In this document: one piece after another, positions 28,299 through 32,000 of the stretch | Numbering within the stretch: the stretch's first letter is position 1 | How the letters are laid out: each line of letters begins with the position of its first letter | DNA from: Candidatus Heimdallarchaeota archaeon | Lineage (GTDB): Archaea > Asgardarchaeota > Heimdallarchaeia > JABLTI01 | Reading direction: 5' to 3' | NCBI GenBank assembly: GCA_030614005.1 | Contig: JAUWKS010000001.1 | Span: forward strand, 30,001 to 62,000 | DNA length: 32,000 nt | Notes under the pieces: generated by a model | Seen by the model: only the letters and a program-made list of their open reading frames with translations | Databases searched by the model: none | What the model was told of the DNA's origin: nothing | Translations under genes and position numbers: made by a program

Positions 28299-29351
28299 AT
28301 GCAAAGGGAACAATGCAATCTCAATGGGAATTCGGAAGCGGAAAACGTATATCTTTGTAAGATATTACTATTTACTAAAGATGCACGTGAAGTTGCTGAA
28401 AAACTCAAACCACTATCAGAAAATTCTGTAAGCACTAATTGTCTTAATACGATTGGTATGTATCCACTAGTAGAGCATATCCAAACGCCTCTAGGAACGC
28501 TTGCAATGTCCATTTGGATAATTAATACTGAAGAAAGATTTTCCCAATTCAGGATGGGTTATTATTCAGGAGCATCACAATCTATCGTTTTATGTAGTGA
28601 TCAAGAAGAACTAGACAACTTCGAACGATTATATCTCATGACCCCAACAGGTGTTCCTACAACAGTTTTAGCAAAAATTAACAATGATAATGAAATTCCC
28701 CTCGATCAAGAAAATTTCCTACTAGCTAATGAATCATTATTTGAAAACCAAGGACGAATAATAAATTATCGAAATATTGCCGATTTGCAGTCAATTAGAA
28801 CAATTTTCAAAGATATTGGCAATAAAATATCTGAGGATATTGCTTCAGGACAATATCACACATTTACGCCAGACTTAGTTTCTCCATCCAATATTTACAG
28901 ATTCTATAACAAGGAATCATTTGATAAAGTTCAACAACTAGTTGGCAATCTCGGATATGAATTAAATGAAAGAGGCATTGTAAGTATTTCAAAATCCGAA
29001 TTTTCCTTTGAGGTCGATTTCTATCGAAACCAAGTTACAGCTTACATTAGTAGTTGCTTACATTGTGAAAAGAAGTGCAAGCATTATAGAAAACTCTGTG
29101 TAATTGAAGAGGATCAAGGTTATTCTAACAAAATACATTTCGATAACCTCAGAGCATTGGCAATTTTGTACTCGATTCATGATGGTGATTTTGAAAAATT
29201 ACAAGGTAAGAGTGAGAAAGAAGATATTGATTTTCAGCTTCAGCGGTTGAAAAATCATTACCTAGTTAATTGTAAATTCGAACAAGAAGAGAGAAAATTC
29301 CAAAAACAATCACTAAAAATTTCCCAATTAAAGAGAAAGAAATCAAATTGA
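28299..29351 (+). CDS. Degenerate Rab-like small-GTPase-fold protein with C-terminal Cys-rich domain
   Basis: YLCKILL / NTIG / SIW / ERF / YYSGA at Rab spacing; G1, G3 and G4 lost; CxxCxxxCxxxxxxC cluster. Confidence 0.7.
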   Translation: MQREQCNLNGNSEAENVYLCKILLFTKDAREVAEKLKPLSENSVSTNCLNTIGMYPLVEHIQTPLGTLAMSIWIINTEERFSQFRMGYYSGASQSIVLCSDQEELDNFERLYLMTPTGVPTTVLAKINNDNEIPLDQENFLLANESLFENQGRIINYRNIADLQSIRTIFKDIGNKISEDIASGQYHTFTPDLVSPSNIYRFYNKESFDKVQQLVGNLGYELNERGIVSISKSEFSFEVDFYRNQVTAYISSCLHCEKKCKHYRKLCVIEEDQGYSNKIHFDNLRALAILYSIHDGDFEKLQGKSEKEDIDFQLQRLKNHYLVNCKFEQEERKFQKQSLKISQLKRKKSN

Positions 29352-29464
29352 TGTAAGCTATTGCAAAAAAGTTTAATTTAGGTATTTTTATTCATTCACA
29401 AAGCATCTTATAGATTAAGAATAGTGTTTTATAGTTAATTAGTATACAAAAAATGGTGAAATGA

Positions 29465-31030
29465 ATGAGTATACAAAAAGAAAATGTTATTCCATTTATT
29501 ATTGATTCTCGTCGCGATAATTTAGTGCCAATTGAGGCTGAGTTGGCTTTTGTTGTTGGAGTAGTAGGAGATAAGATAAAAAAGGGAGGGTTATTTAAAA
29601 AAGCTAAAGAACGGTTGACTCAAGTATCAAAGTTTTATTGGCGTTTAACTGTTGATACCTATGCCCGTCGATTAATCTTAGTTGATTCATTAGGGTTGTA
29701 TGGTGGTGGAACGGGCATTCAAGATTTGCCTCTTGCAAATGTTGAAGCACACATAAAAGCCATTGATGATGCAACTACACTAAATGCATTTTCAAATAGT
29801 CTTAGTGAAGCAAATAATATGCTTGTGCTCTCTACAATAGAATATCCTGTTTTTGATAAACATTTCACTAAAACAACACTTGATTTAGCAAGAAACAAAT
29901 CGAGTGAAGATATGATTGACACACCATTGATTTTACCCTCATTTGAAAATACTATTAGTACTGATTTCCTTGAATCTCAAACAGAGGTCACCAGGTTACA
30001 AGAAATTCAAGAGATACTACAAGAAATGACTCAAAATTGGCTTGCAGATATTAATGATAAAACTGATTCAATTGAAAGGGAATATGCTAATAGAATTAAC
30101 CATACTCAGGAAGATGTTGAAGAACGTGTGGAAAATTTTGAAGAGCGACTGAATACCTATATTGATTCTGACCTTGAAAAAGCAAATAGCGCAATTTACA
30201 AATTACTCTCTAGATTTGAAGGAAGTACTCTAGGATTGACAGGAATTATTACTCCTCTACAAGAAGAGACTCGAGATATTCTACGCAATATTCCATCTAC
30301 TGAAACACCAAAATTCCAAGCAAATATCTCAGCTTATCTAAAGAAAGCTAAAAATCAGATTGGAAAAATTAATGCGAAGGTAAAAGATGTTGATAATGAA
30401 AGAAAGCAATTAGAAAAAGCTCTCATGTCCATAGCGCAAACACATCTTAACAATAAACAAAAAGCAAATGAAGATTTTGAGAGAAATAAATCCTCTGCAC
30501 TCTCTCAAGTCGATGAGTTACAAGTTAAAAGAGATCGATCTCTTTCAAATCTTCTAGATCAAAAGGAATCTATTAAACAAAATACAGACGAAATGATAAA
30601 TAAAATTGAAACAATGATCAAAAATCGTTTCGAGTTAGCAAAAAATGCTACTGTCAACCAGTCAGGAAACATTCCTACTGATATTATCATTTCAGCATTT
30701 TTGGTAAAGTTTCAAGATAAAGACAAATCAAGATATTTTGTAATACCTCCTTTAGCTAAACCTCGTAGTCGACATATTGACTATCCAAATGCTGAAAGGG
30801 ATTCTGCTATTTCGGGAGGGAAAGAAACAGCTGACAAATTAGCTGCCGAAATAGTTTTTAATCGAAGATTAAAATCATCATTTGATGCTTTGAATGCAAC
30901 AAATTATATTGCGACAGGTGAATTTGCCGGAGCAGTTCGACAAGGATTAGCCTATCTATTGGAAAACAAAATGATTGGTAAAAAAAACTCTAAAAAGATT
31001 GTTGACTTGTTAAATGATCTTGGGTTTTAA
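29465..31030 (+). CDS. Coiled-coil protein of unknown function
   Basis: GGTGA SD; globular N- and C-terminal regions around a long charged heptad-rich region. Confidence 0.8.
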   Translation: MSIQKENVIPFIIDSRRDNLVPIEAELAFVVGVVGDKIKKGGLFKKAKERLTQVSKFYWRLTVDTYARRLILVDSLGLYGGGTGIQDLPLANVEAHIKAIDDATTLNAFSNSLSEANNMLVLSTIEYPVFDKHFTKTTLDLARNKSSEDMIDTPLILPSFENTISTDFLESQTEVTRLQEIQEILQEMTQNWLADINDKTDSIEREYANRINHTQEDVEERVENFEERLNTYIDSDLEKANSAIYKLLSRFEGSTLGLTGIITPLQEETRDILRNIPSTETPKFQANISAYLKKAKNQIGKINAKVKDVDNERKQLEKALMSIAQTHLNNKQKANEDFERNKSSALSQVDELQVKRDRSLSNLLDQKESIKQNTDEMINKIETMIKNRFELAKNATVNQSGNIPTDIIISAFLVKFQDKDKSRYFVIPPLAKPRSRHIDYPNAERDSAISGGKETADKLAAEIVFNRRLKSSFDALNATNYIATGEFAGAVRQGLAYLLENKMIGKKNSKKIVDLLNDLGF

Positions 31031-31044
31031 TGAACTAGAAGTGA

Positions 31045-31644
31045 TTGAGTATGGTCAATGAAAGCAAAATCGTGATTGTTGGTGGTGTTCCTGGTGTTGG
31101 AAAAACCACTGTAATCAATCTAGTTCTAGAGCTTGCTAAAGCAGAAAAAATGAAAATATTAACAATTATTTTTGGTTCTGTTATGATGGAAATTGCTTCT
31201 GAATTATTCAATATTCAAGATAGAGATAAATTACGTAAATTGCCTTCAGATAAACAGAAAATTATTCAAAAAGAAGCAGCTATTAGAATAACCGAACGTT
31301 CATGGCATAAAATGACCATCGTTGACACTCATTATACAATTAAAACTAGAACAGGTAAATACTTGCAAGGCATTCCAAGTTGGGTTTCAAATGCCTTAAA
31401 ACCTAAATTACTTGTAATAATTGAAACAAATCCAGAAGATATCTCTAAACGTAGAGATGTTGATGATTCGCGTTTACGAGATGAAGAAAATATTGATCTT
31501 CTCAAAGAACACCAAGAAGTAAATCGAACATCAGCTATAACCATCTGTCAAAAAACAGGAGCATTGCTTGCAATAATCAAAAATAAACAAGGGCAAGCTG
31601 ATGAAGCGGGAGCATCACTCTTTAGATATTTGAAAAGCATCTAA
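31045..31644 (+). CDS. adkA: Archaeal-type adenylate kinase
   Basis: GVPGVGKTT P-loop, FGSVM, RDKLRKL, VDTH, YLQGIP. Start is TTG 31045 or ATG 31051. Confidence 0.92.
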   Translation: MSMVNESKIVIVGGVPGVGKTTVINLVLELAKAEKMKILTIIFGSVMMEIASELFNIQDRDKLRKLPSDKQKIIQKEAAIRITERSWHKMTIVDTHYTIKTRTGKYLQGIPSWVSNALKPKLLVIIETNPEDISKRRDVDDSRLRDEENIDLLKEHQEVNRTSAITICQKTGALLAIIKNKQGQADEAGASLFRYLKSI

Positions 31645-31654
31645 TTTCTGTTTT

Positions 31655-31674
31655 TTTACCTAATTTAAGGTAAA
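31655..31674. terminator. 7-bp inverted repeat after adkA (terminator or operator)
   Basis: TTTACCT-aattta-AGGTAAA followed by a T-tract. Confidence 0.35.
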
Positions 31675-31783
31675 TTTCCGCTTTTTTTTTAAGGAAAAAC
31701 CATAAAAATTAAAAACAGTCTTATATTATATGGTCATAAAATAAGCTGATGATTTTAAAATAATAAAACAGGTTGAAATACAA

Positions 31784-32000
31784 ATGGCAGGAATATGGTT
31801 AATAGGAGCTTATGGAGCTGTATCAACAACTACCTTTACAGGTATAGCAGCAATAAAAGCTGGCGCTGCTCCAAGAGTTCAATCAGGAATAGTCACAGAA
31901 TCACCTGAGTGTGATCCAATACGCAGTAAGTTTCCAATCGAAGATATAAACCTCGGTGGAAGTGAAATACGATTTCTAGATAAGAATGCTTATCAAGCAT
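31784..32000 (+). CDS. ino1: myo-inositol-1-phosphate synthase, partial (5' end)
   Basis: Manual translation MAGIWLIGAYGAVSTTTFTG...LGGSEIRFLDKNAYQA resembles the Archaeoglobus-type MIPS N-terminus (WLVGAYGIVSTT ... GGHEIR ... NAYEA). Not in the supplied ORF track. Confidence 0.9.
   Translation, partial: MAGIWLIGAYGAVSTTTFTGIAAIKAGAAPRVQSGIVTESPECDPIRSKFPIEDINLGGSEIRFLDKNAYQA

Noticed and set aside
839-31544. Many short track ORFs (e.g. 839-1045, 1341-1604, 1443-1784, 2376-2570, 5223-5516, 6622-6975, 11406-11615, 14279-14623, 22982-23224, 25372-25743, 27215-27553, 28256-28513, 31332-31544)
   Set aside because: They lie antisense or out of frame within well-supported genes and have no motifs, so they are treated as shadow ORFs
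1-32000. tRNA, rRNA or CRISPR arrays
   Set aside because: No cloverleaf, rRNA signature or regularly spaced repeat series was seen by eye; tRNAscan-SE and a CRISPR finder would be decisive

Overview
AT-rich archaeal DNA, most likely from an Asgard archaeon (inferred from topoisomerase VI, aIF-1A, Rio1, a Dim2-type KH protein, archaeal adenylate kinase, geranylgeranyl reductase, a Rab-like fold and GGTGA/GGAG Shine-Dalgarno use). Housekeeping blocks (xth, feoB operon, top6B-top6A, thrC, eIF1A-rio1-KH, adkA, ino1) flank an accessory zone at about 12.8-22.9 kb. Main observations: (1) a 2.57-kb islet with surface-protein genes, bounded by a 38-bp direct repeat that duplicates the last codons of top6A, which looks like an integration scar in a protein-coding gene; (2) a protein that aligns without gaps to Rab GTPases but has lost the nucleotide-binding motifs and carries a Cys-rich domain; (3) a hicB-hicA module bracketed by two 94-bp, 87%-identical non-coding direct repeats; (4) a PlsY homologue with altered catalytic motifs; (5) three accessory genes each one base short in a homopolymer run, which could be recoding, decay or sequencing error. 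No tRNA, rRNA, CRISPR array, integrase or transposase was recognised. All family calls come from motif reading, not database searches.
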